Shown: positions 38,187 to 50,461 of the stretch, in pieces | How the letters are laid out: every line of letters starts with the position of its first letter | Numbering within the stretch: position 1 is the stretch's first letter | Assembly (NCBI GenBank): GCA_016618085.1 | Contig: JABLTG010000128.1 | Location: 1-61,363 of the forward strand | Source of the DNA: Neovahlkampfia damariscottae | Taxonomy: Eukaryota | DNA length: 61,363 nucleotides | Direction: 5' to 3' | Program-made: the position numbers and the translations under genes | Notes under the pieces: generated by a model | The model's input: the letters and a program-made list of their open reading frames with translations, nothing else | Databases searched by the model: none | What the model was told of the DNA's origin: nothing

Positions 38187-38954
38187 TTAAATTTCGTCAA
38201 TACTTTCATCTTCATCTTGAATAATTACATTTTCTTCTTCCAAATATGTATCTTGGAGTGGATATTCATTGGATCCTATTTCTCCTTCTTCGATCATGTT
38301 TTCATATGTATCAAAATCTTCATCTTTATCTTTTCTTTTGAACATTTTGTATCTTATCCATAAATACCAAGAACGAAAATAATTGTAAGAGCCACCAATG
38401 ATTAACAAGGCCACCATAATCAACATGAAATGAACATAACATACAGTAGTAAGGTGTGTATATTTAAATGCATGTATAGTTAATAACCAACCGACTGAAT
38501 TTTTATCCAACTTGAAAACAACTCTTAAAAATCTATAAAGAAAACCAGTGACTGCACTCACCAAAAGAAAAGCAAAAAGTATCATTCCAATTAAACCATG
38601 GAATTTCTTTGATGTGTTTATATTCCAGAATTCTTTTTTCCAAGGAAGCTTGAACATGGTAATTCCTTGAAAAAATTAATTAATTTTTTAGATACCAGTT
38701 CCAATCATCAGCAAATATGATAAAAGACAAAGTGTAACATATGGAACTCTTGTCCACCCAATTGTTTCTGAAACTCTTCCTTGATGCAAGTACATAAAAA
38801 AACTTGGAGGTTTAATTTGAAAAAGGTCTTGGTATACAACATGAACAAACGCTGTTGTTACAGATATTAATAGCATTACTACCATCATTGGTGAAATGAA
38901 GTTGTGGATTTTTTTTGTCAATGACTTCAACTTTGTCAACACATTCAAACTCAT
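38187..38954 (-). CDS. 4-TM His-containing membrane protein (PepSY-associated TM-like), paralog 1, 2 exons
   Basis: KKIHNFISP...FMYLHQG and KKFHGLIG...SAVTG..YR...WLLTIHA. Intron near 38665-38694. Confidence 0.75.
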
Positions 38955-39035
38955 TTATTTTCCACCAATGAATGAAGAGAGGAAAAAAATAGAAGGAATT
39001 GGAAATATTTAAACTTTAAAAACAATTTAATAATT

Positions 39036-39798
39036 TTAAACATCTTCAGTTCTATTCACAACAACGTATTGTTCATCGATATATTCGGAAGTGGCAGTTT
39101 CAACAGAAGATTGCTCATCATCATCAACCTTTAATTGATATTCATCCATGTCCTTTTCTTGAATATGTACAATAGGATTTTTCTTTGATATTTTGTACTT
39201 TATCCATGAATACCACGATTTTAAATAAGCATATGAACCACTCACAACAAGGAAAGCCACCATGATGAACATCAGATGTACAAAGATAACCATTGATAAT
39301 TCTGAATATTTAAAAGCATGTATTGTCAATAACCATCCAACAGCTTTTTTGTCCATGTTTAAAATAACCCTGCAAAATCGATAAGCAACTCCAGTAACTG
39401 CACAAACCAAAAGTACTGCAAATAGCAACATTCCAAACACTCCATGTACCCTTTTAATGGAATTTATTCGCCAAAATTCTTTTTTCCATGGTGCTTTAAA
39501 CATCATGATACCTAAATGATGAATGAAAAAACAATTTACCAGTTCCGATCATCAACGAGTAAGCCAAAAAGAAAAAAATTGTATAAGGAACCCTTGTCCA
39601 GCCAATTTCTTCTGAAACTCTTCCTTGATGAAGGTACATGAAAATCCTAGGTGACTTTGTGCGTAAAACTTTTTCAAATAACACGTGTAGCAAAGCAGTT
39701 GAAGTAGATATCAACAGAATCATCGCCATGAGCGGTGAAATTAAACTGTGAATTTTTTTTGAGCTGTTCTTCAACTTTCTAACCAACTTCCAAAACAT
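39036..39798 (-). CDS. 4-TM His-containing membrane protein (PepSY-associated TM-like), paralog 2, 2 exons
   Basis: Collinear with paralog 1 (FMYLHQGRVSE.IGWTRVPY; VGWLLTIHAFKY) with the same intron position. Confidence 0.75.
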
Positions 39799-39988
39799 GG
39801 AAACGACCAATCAGTTTTTTGGAAGAAAACAGGAACCAATAAAACTATTTCATTTTTCTGCTAGTTGATGTTTAGTAATATTCTTGAATTATTGGTGAAA
39901 ATATCAATATGAGACACCTTCAATTTTTTTTGATCGTCGGATTTGGAAAACTTCCAAATTGAGCTGAACCAAACTGTTGTCCAATAAA

Positions 39989-41392
39989 ATGCCATTACTT
40001 CAGTTTTCATCAGTGTTCACAAACAAAGAAGTAGGTGATGAGTTTTATAAGTTCTTGAAAGAAGATCAATCTGAAGAATCGTGGGAATTTATTAGGCTGT
40101 CGTTAAAATATACAAAAAAGCACACAAAAGTTTCAGAATCAAGAATTGATTCACTTGTGAATAAATTTATAAAAGAAGATGGATCAAAATCTATTAACAT
40201 TGGTTCAAAAGACAGAAAAACCTTACTTTCTGAATTAGGAAAATACAATGTTGATGCCTTAAGACCTGTTCAAGAAACTCTGTTATCAGAAATCAAATTT
40301 GACTCCTTCAAACGATTTATACGTTCAAAAAGAGGTTTAAATATGATAAAAAAGTACGAAAAAGATCCAAATATCGTCGTTCCAGAGTAAAAAAAAAAAA
40401 ACAAAAAATTCACAAAACAAAGTTTAACTTCAAAAGTATCATACAACAATAATGACTTTATAAAACAAAAAGTTGAACCAAGAGATTTTGAATTTATGGA
40501 ATTTTTGTTCAAAGACTCAAATGATTGGGAATTATTTTCATCCTTTCGTGAAGGAGAATACGGGAAAAGAATTGGGAATATTTGGTATTCAGAAAATAAC
40601 TTTTTACCTGATGTCACTTTATTTAAAGAAAGATCTGTTTCAAAATATGAAATTAAATTACCATTTGATTTTGAACATGTTTTGTGTAGTTGTTTTCCAT
40701 TGACTCAACAAATGAGAAATGAAGAATGGAATTCAAACTCAGAAACATTGACAATGCCAAAAGGTAATGAAGAACCATTTTCAACATTTATACAATACTT
40801 AAGTTTACCTTTTCCATATACACCTAGAATTGTACCTGGCGTTGCTGCAGTAAATTACAAAAGAGACTCTTGTATGTTAATTTGTAAACCATGTCATATT
40901 GATTCATTACAGAATCATAAATGGGGCGAAAACAAAGAATTATATTGCAAAATTAGAAAAGATGGAAAAGAAAAAAAAAACAAAGTTTACAAAATGTTTG
41001 ATTATAGTTGCACTTTCATTCAAAGAATTGGCTCACAAAAAACATCATTTTCACAAATTCATTTATTTTCCATTGGAGGTTGGGTGAAGAATAAATCAAC
41101 ACTTAGAACAATAGTACAAGACCGTGGAAGTCATTTGGTTCTTGGATTAATAGAAAATCTAAAAAGAATAAAATCAATTCAAACTATCTCTGAATTGAAA
41201 ACGAAAAATTTTTTTGAACGTGATGGATTGGCACACTTACTTGCAGTTGTAGAAGATGAACTTTTGGAAGATGCTGATAAAACTTATGAAGAAAAAGAAT
41301 CATATGATTTCATTGGTGATATAGAACTCTCTTCATATGATACAAGTTCACATCATGGTTCCTATGGAGATGATGTTAGTTTTATGAAATAA
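39989..41392 (+). CDS. RGS-domain protein with START-like C-terminal region, 2 exons
   Basis: RGS motifs (FYKFLKEDQSEESWEF, FIKEDGSKSINIG, DSFKRFIRS). The START-like call is inferred from LPFPYTPR and FSQIHLFSIGGW. Confidence 0.75.
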
Positions 41393-41482
41393 AGATGTTT
41401 TTCATTTTTGTTAATAAAGCGAAATTGAAGAAAAACCGTTAACCAATCAATTTTTGTTACTTTTGTGCATTCACTAAAAAAC

Positions 41483-43165
41483 ATGTTCAATGATCAACAA
41501 GAAGAAAATAAAGTTCCACTTTTTAGAATACATATACCTTTACCTAAGGATAAAAAACCAGTAAATTTTGAAGAACTTTATAATATGACACAAAAACTAT
41601 TTCAAAAAGAAATTAATAAAACAAAGTCACCAAAAAAACCATCAGAAGGTTCATCAGAAACTATAGAAAAATGTGTTGAAACAGATGATCAATTACAAAA
41701 TAAAATAAAACAACAAGGTTTGACAAAATTCGAACAAACTTTATTGGATATTGAAAGAAGAGAAAGAAACATGAAAAACTCAATTGTTACAAGTGCTTCT
41801 TCAAATGAAAAAGTAAAAAGTGCTCCTTCAAAAGGTGATGCTTATGATTCTGATGATTCTTTTATTGATGATGCAGAGTATGATGATTATATCATTCGTC
41901 AAGATGGAAAAGATAGTTTTGGAGAAGAAATAATGGGTTTTGAAGATGATGAATCAGTTGATGAAGAAAAAGATGAAAATGATGAAGGTGGTGTATCTGA
42001 TTCTGAAGATGAAGGACATGGAAAATCAACTGGAGGAAGTGGAACAACAGATGAAAATGTTACTTTTCTACCTGAAATGGAAAAAGCTTTAGAAGATTTA
42101 ACAAAAAAATCAGTTGAAGAAAATTTAGGTGTTTTAAGAAAAATACCAGATACATTTGAACAGAATTTAGTTTTCATTGCAGATTTAAGACAAAAGTTAT
42201 ATCCAAGAGGATGGCCAAAAACTTTATATGAAAAAATGCAAAAAATTTTGAATTGTCCAATGCAAACATTAAAAAATAAATTAAAAAAAGTACTTGAAGA
42301 TAACTCACTTGTTGATATTAAGAAACAAATTAAAGATAAATATGAAGAGTTAAAAAAGTCTGTTAGAGATGATATCATTGCTGGATTAAAGAAAAAAATA
42401 AACAAAACAACAACAACGACAACAACAACAGACTTGGCACCTGTTTTACCAATTTCGGATGTTGAAAAAATGGATCATGAGAGATTAGTTGAATATGCAA
42501 AAACACAAAAAGGTTTAACTGTTTTATGGTGTGAAAACACAAAGAAACTATTTTTGAATTCTGTTGAAATTTTACTTTCTTCATTACAAAAAGAGAAAGA
42601 TTTCACTGGAAAAGATTTTGATAAAGAAAAAGAATTATCAAAATTCTTTAAAGAGATTGAACATTATTGGCCTGCAAAAAATTTAGATTTAAAAAAGAAA
42701 TACAAAAAATTCACAGATCCAGAATTGGAGAAAAAGAAAGATGATTCTGATAAGAAAAGAAAAAAAGAAGAAAGTCCAAAAGAAGAAAAAAAAAAGAAAA
42801 AGAAATTGGAAACCGTATCAACACCATCTACAACACCATCATCTTCAACAACACCAATAACTTCTCCATCAGATAAAAAAATGATTCCTCAATATTCACC
42901 TCATCAAATGATATCCCCTTCACAACAACAACAAATGTTTAATTTCAAAGCAATGCCTCAAATGCCACAAAATTTTAATACTTTAAAACCTTCAATTCCA
43001 ATTGGTCATTTAAATTATAGTTCCTTGCCGCCTGTACAATCACAACCACAATTTCTGAAAACATTCACACCAAACCAACAACAAAAAAAAACAATTCAAA
43101 TGCATCCTGGAACAGAAGACAAAAAAAAAGTTGATTGTGATTTAACATTTGATGATCCTGAATAA
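41483..43165 (+). CDS. Ubinuclein/Hpc2-like protein (HRD/HUN motif; HIRA complex)
   Basis: YDSDDSFIDDAE motif and N-terminal FRIHIPL...VNFEEL; otherwise low complexity. Confidence 0.7.
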   Translation: MFNDQQEENKVPLFRIHIPLPKDKKPVNFEELYNMTQKLFQKEINKTKSPKKPSEGSSETIEKCVETDDQLQNKIKQQGLTKFEQTLLDIERRERNMKNSIVTSASSNEKVKSAPSKGDAYDSDDSFIDDAEYDDYIIRQDGKDSFGEEIMGFEDDESVDEEKDENDEGGVSDSEDEGHGKSTGGSGTTDENVTFLPEMEKALEDLTKKSVEENLGVLRKIPDTFEQNLVFIADLRQKLYPRGWPKTLYEKMQKILNCPMQTLKNKLKKVLEDNSLVDIKKQIKDKYEELKKSVRDDIIAGLKKKINKTTTTTTTTDLAPVLPISDVEKMDHERLVEYAKTQKGLTVLWCENTKKLFLNSVEILLSSLQKEKDFTGKDFDKEKELSKFFKEIEHYWPAKNLDLKKKYKKFTDPELEKKKDDSDKKRKKEESPKEEKKKKKKLETVSTPSTTPSSSTTPITSPSDKKMIPQYSPHQMISPSQQQQMFNFKAMPQMPQNFNTLKPSIPIGHLNYSSLPPVQSQPQFLKTFTPNQQQKKTIQMHPGTEDKKKVDCDLTFDDPE

Positions 43166-43196
43166 TCATTTGAATTTTAAAAATTAAAAATTTATA

Positions 43197-45046
43197 TCAT
43201 TGAAATGATTTTGACATATCTTCTGCTTTTTCAATGTCCTGTTGGTTGATTTCTTCATTACTTCCAAGTTTCGTTTGTAAAAACTGATAAGACTTTCTAA
43301 TATTTCTCATCAATTGATCTTTTGATCTTTTTAAAAAATAATCAAATAAATTGGAAATGAATAATGAAGCAATTGAAATACCTCCAATCAATCCTATTGA
43401 ATAGAAAATTTTTCCACCAGGAGTAATTGGATACATATCACCGTAACCAATAGTTGTGAATGTAATAAACCCATACCACAGAGCGTTATGAAAATACCAA
43501 CCTTCGATTAATCCAATAAAACCACAAAAAAAAATGAAATAAACTATTGTAAACATTCCAATCAATAAAATAATACCCAATGGATCATTTGCAATAGTCA
43601 ATAAAGTAGTAGCTACCTTTGCAGTTTTTGGATATTTTAAAAGTAGTCTTTTTAAAGTTAGTTTAAGAGATTCAGATATTAAATCTAATGAAGATTTTAA
43701 AATTGAACCAAAACTGGAAATAAAATAACCAAATTGAATTAAACCAATGAATGAGAGAAATATCATATAAATTCGACCATTTGCTGTAGTCGGATATAAA
43801 TCACCATATCCAACAGTTGTAAATGTAGTTATACACAAATAAATCACATTTCCATAAGTCCAAACATCATTCAATCCAGTTTGTTCCATTTCATTTTTTG
43901 CTGATAAAACGAGTGAGAGTTATAAAATTGATTACATTCAATGATCCACAAAGGAATTGGTAGAACAAATAAAATGATAGGATAACTCAAAATTGTTATA
44001 CCAATAGTAAATCCTTTCTTCAAAAAAGTTCGTAGAATTGGAAATGATTCTTTTTTGAGTTTTTGTACAAATGATGTATTTTTCATTTCATTTTTTGGAT
44101 TCTCTTTAAATTCAACTTCATCTTCTTTTCCTAATTCTGGTGTACTCTTTACATCTTTAAGCTCAATTTCATTTTTCTCTTCACCTGCATTTTTTAAATC
44201 ATTTAAGTCAATTGATGATATTTTAGCATCTAATTTATTGTATAAAGTACTGTAGATTTTTTCCATTCGAGTTTTTATTTCTTGTGTATTTGAATCAATT
44301 AAAAATTCACCAATGAAACCGAACAAAACTGAAATCAAACCCAATCCAACAAATGAAAAAATCATATAAAAAACTCTTCCCAAATTAGTTTCGGGACTTG
44401 TATCACCATATCCTATGGTCGTCATAGTAATATAACTATACCATAATCCAGTTCCAAAGTCCCATTCTTCAATTGCTGCGATAACCAATCCAAATAATAG
44501 ACAATACCAACTAATGAAATTTAACACTGCAACAATTTTAAAAAATGGAGTTAATTGAAATTTGATATATTTTTTTCTCTCTTTGAAGAATAATGTTTTT
44601 ATATACTTGTTTAAATGAAGAATAAAGATATCTAATATTTCAAAGACAATTCCAATGATGTAACCAATAGCTAACGCCATAATAAAAATACCAAAGGCTG
44701 CATAAACTATCCAAAATATTCTTCCAAATATTGTTTTTGGAAAAATATCTCCATAACCAACTTTAAAAATGAATAAATTGTATTTTAGAAAAACCTGTTG
44801 TTACAGTTGTAAATGAAAGATATACAACATCAAAATAACTTCCAGGTGAACCAAAATCAAAAAATTTGGTTGAAAATCCTTCAGAAAATAAATTTAGTTT
44901 GAATAAGTACCTTCAATGAAATAATATGGAATTGGAACAATTATTAGATAGAATATAAGTATTGATACAACAAGAAATGATTTTCCGAATGTTATAATCA
45001 AATAAGTGAGTGTATCTTTAACACTTTTTTCTTGTTCCTCTTCCAT
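43197..45046 (-). CDS. Potassium channel with four pore loops in one chain (tandem K2P-like, 8TM/4P), 4 exons
   Basis: Filters TVGYGD, TIGYGD, TVGYGD and TIGYGD. The 35-nt GT-AG intron 43901-43935 joins the two large ORFs in frame. Confidence 0.85.
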
Positions 45047-45184
45047 TTTTTTTTCTCAACCAATCAAATATGCTTCTTTTTCAAAGAGTATTTCACTGTT
45101 CAAATTTTACAAGATTTAAATAGATTTGTTGTAGTTGCAAACTACAAATTGAAGGTATTTTCAGCCAATCAAATTGTTTTAACA

Positions 45185-47453
45185 ATGTCTTTAAAAATTG
45201 AAGCAGCGTCAAACAAAATTCCATTCTCCGCTTACCTTTTATTAGGAGCAAAAGGATTAGAAAAAGAAGTTATTCTTCATTTTTCAAAAAAATTAACAGA
45301 AGCTTCTATCGCAGAAGAAAAGTAAAAAAAAAAAAAAAATTAATAACTTTCTTCAGAGTTTCAGGAAACTTTAAAGTAAAATAAAAACAATTCAAATATT
45401 AAAAAAAATCAAAGGTCGCTGAATATCTCTGCCAAAAATTCAAAATTTCAGAATACGAAGACAAAGAAGTTCAACATTGGGTTAAATTTGTTACAGCAGA
45501 AAGAAAAGGAACAATTGAAGAATTTGATGAAGAATGCCAAAAAATAAATTGGGATATGCAAACTAAAACTTATTTGGTTGGCTATGATGTTGGTTTAGCT
45601 GATTTCTTCTATTATGAATACTTATCAAGTTTTATTTTTTTCTAATTAATATTTTATAGATTCAAAACATTGGAAAGGATATTTAGCACGTTTTGGTTCA
45701 TATATTCCACATTTAGCTCGTTATTTTTCAAATTTAGAAAGTCAAGAATTATTTATTCACACAAACAAAATTTTATCACTTGCTGCGAAAAAGAATGTTA
45801 CTTCAAAAGATATTCTTGATATTCAAGAAGCAATGAAACCAAAAGCTGAAAAAAGTCCACTTGATGATGTTACAATTTCAGGTGATATTCGTAAGAAAAA
45901 AATATCAAAATTATTAAACGTTTTTTAAAGCACACGCAAAAGTTGGTCAAGTAGTTACTAGATTTCCACCTGAACCAAGTGGATATTTACATGTTGGTCA
46001 TGCAAAAGCTGCTCTTTTCAATTACTTCATTGCAAAGAAATATAAAGGAAAATTAGTTTTTAGATTTGATGATACAAATCCAGCAAAAGAAAAAGATGAA
46101 TATGCTGAATCAATTCTTGCTGATTTAAAAAGACTCAATATTACTTATGATTATTTCACTTATACAAGTGATAGTTTTCCTTTAATCCAAGATCTTGGTG
46201 AAAAATTAATCAAAGAAGGAAAGGCTTACATTGATGACACTGATATCCAAGTTATGAGAGATATTAGAGCAGAAGGTAAAGAATCACCTTGTAGATCAAG
46301 AACTGTTGAAGAAAATATGATTTTATGGTCAGAAATGCTTAAAGGAACACCAACAGGATTTAAATGTTGTGTTAGAGCTAAAATTGATCCTGCATCTACA
46401 AATTTAACAATGAGAGATCCAATTATGTTTCGTTGTAAAAATGAAGTTCATCCAAGACTTGGTGATAAATATAAATGTTATCCAACTTATGACTTTGCTT
46501 GTCCAATTGTTGATTCAATTGAAGGTGTAACACATGCTTTAAGAACAAGTGAATATAATGATAGAAACTTTCAATATTATTGGTTCATTGATGCTTTAGG
46601 TATTAGAAAACCACATATTCATGATTTTTCACGTTTAAATTTAACTTATACTTTAATGAGTAAAAGAAAATTACAAAAATTAGTTGATGATGGAATTGCA
46701 GAAAGTTGGTCAGATCCTAGATTTCCAACAATTCAAGGTTTATTAAGACGTGGATTGAACATTTTATCATTATATAAATTTGTTAGTGAACAATGTGGTT
46801 CAAGAAGTAATGCAACTTTAGATGTTGAAAAATTATGGTCAATCAATAGACATGTTATTGATCCAATTGTACCAAGATATTCAGCAGTCAAAAAAGAAAA
46901 AGCTTCAATTTTAGAAGTATCTGGATTACCAAGTTTGAAAAAGAAAAAAGTACCAAGACATCCACAAAATGAATCAATGGGAAAACATGAAATTATTGTT
47001 TCAGAAAAAATGTATTTGGATATTGATGATGCAAAAGATATCAAAGAAAAAGAAGAAATTACATTAAGACATTTAGGAAATGTGATTATTACTGAAATTA
47101 AAGAAAATTCTGATGGATCATTCTCATTTAAAGGAGAATTTAATAAAGATGGATCACCAAAGTCAACAGAAAAAAAATTAACTTGGTTAGCAATTACTGA
47201 TGAATTAGTTTCTGCAAAATTAGTTTATTTTGATCATTTAATTACAAAACCAAAAGTTGAAGCAGGTGATGAATTATCAGATCTTGTTAATCCAAAATCA
47301 AAATGGATTGTTGAAGCATTTGTTGATTCAAATTTGAAAGATTTGAAAAAATCAGAATCAATTCAAATTGAAAGAGTTGGTTATTTCATTTGTGATTCTA
47401 AATTTGATAATCTTGTTCTTTTCAATACTCCTGATGGTCATAAAGAAAAATAA
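45185..47453 (+). CDS. Cytosolic glutamyl-tRNA synthetase with N-terminal GST-like region, multi-exon
   Basis: VVTRFPPEPSGYLHVGHAKAA, RFDDTNP, YPTYDFACPIVDSIEGVTHALRT and LMSKRKL. Confidence 0.96.
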
Positions 47454-47503
47454 AAGTTTCATTTTCTTGTTTGTTATTTTACATCATGAAGTACATTATG
47501 ATC

Positions 47504-49021
47504 ATGGAAAGCATCAAAACCATTTCTTCAAATGAAAATGAAATGATTGGTAGTTGTAGTTTTGCTGTTAAAAAATCGATAAAGTTCAAAACCAAAGAAA
47601 ACCTCATGAATAATCCACAGGAGATTCTGAAAAATGATTTGAAAGAATGCAACAAAATAAATTTCATGAATGACCAAAAAATAAAAAAAATAATGTCCAA
47701 GTGGAACGTGGAAATTTTAGAACAAATTTTCAAAACAAAAAAAAATGATTTTTTGTATTATCGTTGTGTATTATTCCAAAAAAAAGAACCCACAAAAAGA
47801 TTTGAATTGGTAAGGAGTCTACAAAAACAATCAAAAATTCACAACATTCCAAAATTATTATGTTTTTATTATTTACATATTGATGATTATATACAACTTG
47901 AAGTTTGGATTAAGTTGATAAAATCAATATCAAAACAAGAAATAGATGATTATTTTGAAGAAGTAAATTTTGATGAATCTAACACTGTAAAATTATTTCT
48001 TGGAATTTGCTATTTTTTTGGATTTGGATATGAAAAAGACGTGAAAAAAGCATTTGAAATATTCTTTCAATTGTCAGAATTGAATGATGACAAAGCTCAA
48101 TTCTATGTTTCTCACTGTTTTCGTTTGGGAATTGGTGTTGAAAAAGATGATATAAAGTCAATTGAATATTTAAGAAAGTCATCGGATAAAGGAAATATAA
48201 ATGCAATGAGATCTTTAGGATCACGATACCAAGACGGAATAATTGTATCAAGAAATTTGAAAAAAGCGATTGAATATTTTGAGATCTGTTCTGAGAAAGG
48301 AGACTCAACTGCAAAATGTTGTTTAGCAGGAATTTATTTGATGAATAAAACCGATTATGGATTAGCTGTGAAATTAGCTCTGGAATCATCTGAACAAGGC
48401 AGTATTCATGGTTATGGAATTTTGGCATTTTGTTATAGTAGGGGATGTGGTGTTCATAAGAATACAAAAAAGGCATTTGAATTACATTGTATAAGTGCGG
48501 ATCAAGGTGATTGTTATTCTCAGAAGACGATAGGATTTTATTATGAGAATGGAATTGGAGTTGAAAAAGATTTGAAAAAATCATTTGAATACTATTTACT
48601 TTCAGCAAAACAAGGACATTCATCAGCTCAATTAAGCGTTGGAGATTGTTATTTTAATGGAAAAGGTGTTAAAAAGGATTTGAAAAAAGCAATGGATCAT
48701 TATAAACTGACCAATGACCCAAAGGCAATTTTGAAAATAGCACGCTGCTATCATTATGGAACAGGTGTTGAAAAAAATCATTTTTTGGCTTTGGAATATT
48801 ATCTTTCGGAAATTAAAAGGGGTAATTTATACGCAGTAAGAGAATTGAAAGAACTTTTGAGTGCATTGGAAAAACAAACCACTTTTCAAGTGATCAAGAA
48901 ACACAAACAAATTTGGGAATATCTACCAAAAGATGATGTAGAATTTATTTGGATGAAAATGGAGTATCACCAAATCATAAGAGAAATAGTGCTCTTTGAT
49001 GTTGATTTTAGCTTTGAATAA
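47504..49021 (+). CDS. Sel1-like repeat protein (start uncertain)
   Basis: About 7-8 Sel1 repeats (LG.CY..G.G.EKD..KAFE.Y..SA..G). Confidence 0.88.
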   Translation: MESIKTISSNENEMIGSCSFAVKKSIKFKTKENLMNNPQEILKNDLKECNKINFMNDQKIKKIMSKWNVEILEQIFKTKKNDFLYYRCVLFQKKEPTKRFELVRSLQKQSKIHNIPKLLCFYYLHIDDYIQLEVWIKLIKSISKQEIDDYFEEVNFDESNTVKLFLGICYFFGFGYEKDVKKAFEIFFQLSELNDDKAQFYVSHCFRLGIGVEKDDIKSIEYLRKSSDKGNINAMRSLGSRYQDGIIVSRNLKKAIEYFEICSEKGDSTAKCCLAGIYLMNKTDYGLAVKLALESSEQGSIHGYGILAFCYSRGCGVHKNTKKAFELHCISADQGDCYSQKTIGFYYENGIGVEKDLKKSFEYYLLSAKQGHSSAQLSVGDCYFNGKGVKKDLKKAMDHYKLTNDPKAILKIARCYHYGTGVEKNHFLALEYYLSEIKRGNLYAVRELKELLSALEKQTTFQVIKKHKQIWEYLPKDDVEFIWMKMEYHQIIREIVLFDVDFSFE

Positions 49022-49055
49022 ATGTTTTTCATTTGATTGGTGAATAATTACTCCG

Positions 49056-50381
49056 ATGAACAAGTTGAAGTGCATCCATTCAATTATTAAAAAGAGAAAA
49101 GTGTTGAATAATTTTTCAAATTATTCAAAGGATTTAACTTTAAAAGGTTCCTTATATCGAAGACCTTTACCAGAAAATTTGATTCCATTCAGTTCAGAAG
49201 CAGGAAGAAAATTATTTTTAGATTCAATGATAAAAGGAGAAATGGAACAATTTTTTCCATTGATAGAACAATTTCATACACAAAATGAACCAGCTTGTAA
49301 ATTAAAATTCAACTAAAAATATCTAAAGATTGTGGTCTTGGTAAAAAAAAGTTAAAAAATTAAAAAAATTAGGAACAATAGCAATGGTGTTAAACGCATT
49401 AGGAATAGATCCAGGTAGATTGTGGAAAGGTCCATGGAGATACTTTAGTGAAGAAAAACTTGAAACATGTAAAAAAATAGAAAATATAAAAAAGAACGGT
49501 ATAACTTTTCAGGAATTTTGTTGTATTTCAAAATTAAATGGAGCTCATGTTGAGAAATATCTGGCTTCAGAAACAACAAAAGAAAATTTCAGAAATGAAA
49601 TAAAAAAATCTATTGAGTCAATGAAGACTGAAAATGAAAGTCATGTTGTGGTTTCATTTGATAGATCAAAGTTAGGACAGACAGGAACGGGTCATTTCTC
49701 ACCTATTGGTGGTTACAATGAAGAAAAAGATATGTAAGTTCATTTGAAAAACTTACATTTCCAAAAAGGGTGTTAATTTTAGACGTTGCAAGATTTAAGT
49801 ATCCACCATATTGGACATCGATTGATTTACTATGGGATTCACTTCTTACTGTTGATGAAGATTCCGGAACGTCAAGAGGATTTTGTTCAATTTCAAGATT
49901 TTCAAGTTGTTCGATTCTCTGTCATATTACGAATAAACATCGTGGAGAATGGAAAGAATTAGTTGAAGAAACATGCAAAAATTTAGTACAATCGAAACAA
50001 AGTTTTGAGATGAAGGATTTTATCGAAGTAGTATCCAATGAAATTGATAAAATTTCTGATACTGTCCCTCAGTTTAATCAAAAGACAATTTGTCAAGATC
50101 ATTATTCATTGACTGATAATTTATACCATGAAGCCAAAAAAAACTCTTTTTTTTCAGAAAATGAAAGTAGAGAAAAAATAATTTTGATTTGTCTGTATTT
50201 GTTCTCGACCGAATTTGAAAACTTTGAGAGTTTCCCAGAGAATTTTAAAGAAGAATTTGTTGAATTTCAGAATGAAAATATCAAGTTAAAAATGCTAAAT
50301 GATGAAATTGTTAAAGTTTCGAAAGAGATTATTGCACTACCATTATGCAATAGTTGCAATCATTCAAATACAGTAATTTGA
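49056..50381 (+). CDS. PCS: Phytochelatin synthase, 4 exons
   Basis: LYRRPLP, FHTQNEPAYCGLGT (assembled across a 12-nt micro-exon), NALGIDPGRLWKGPWR, GQTGTGHFSPIGGY and LDVARFKYPPYW. Confidence 0.95.
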
Positions 50382-50461
50382 ACATTCGAAAAATAAAAAC
50401 TCACATGATTATTTGAATTATTGTATGAAGAAAAACAATATTTTTTCAAAAAAATTTTTAA

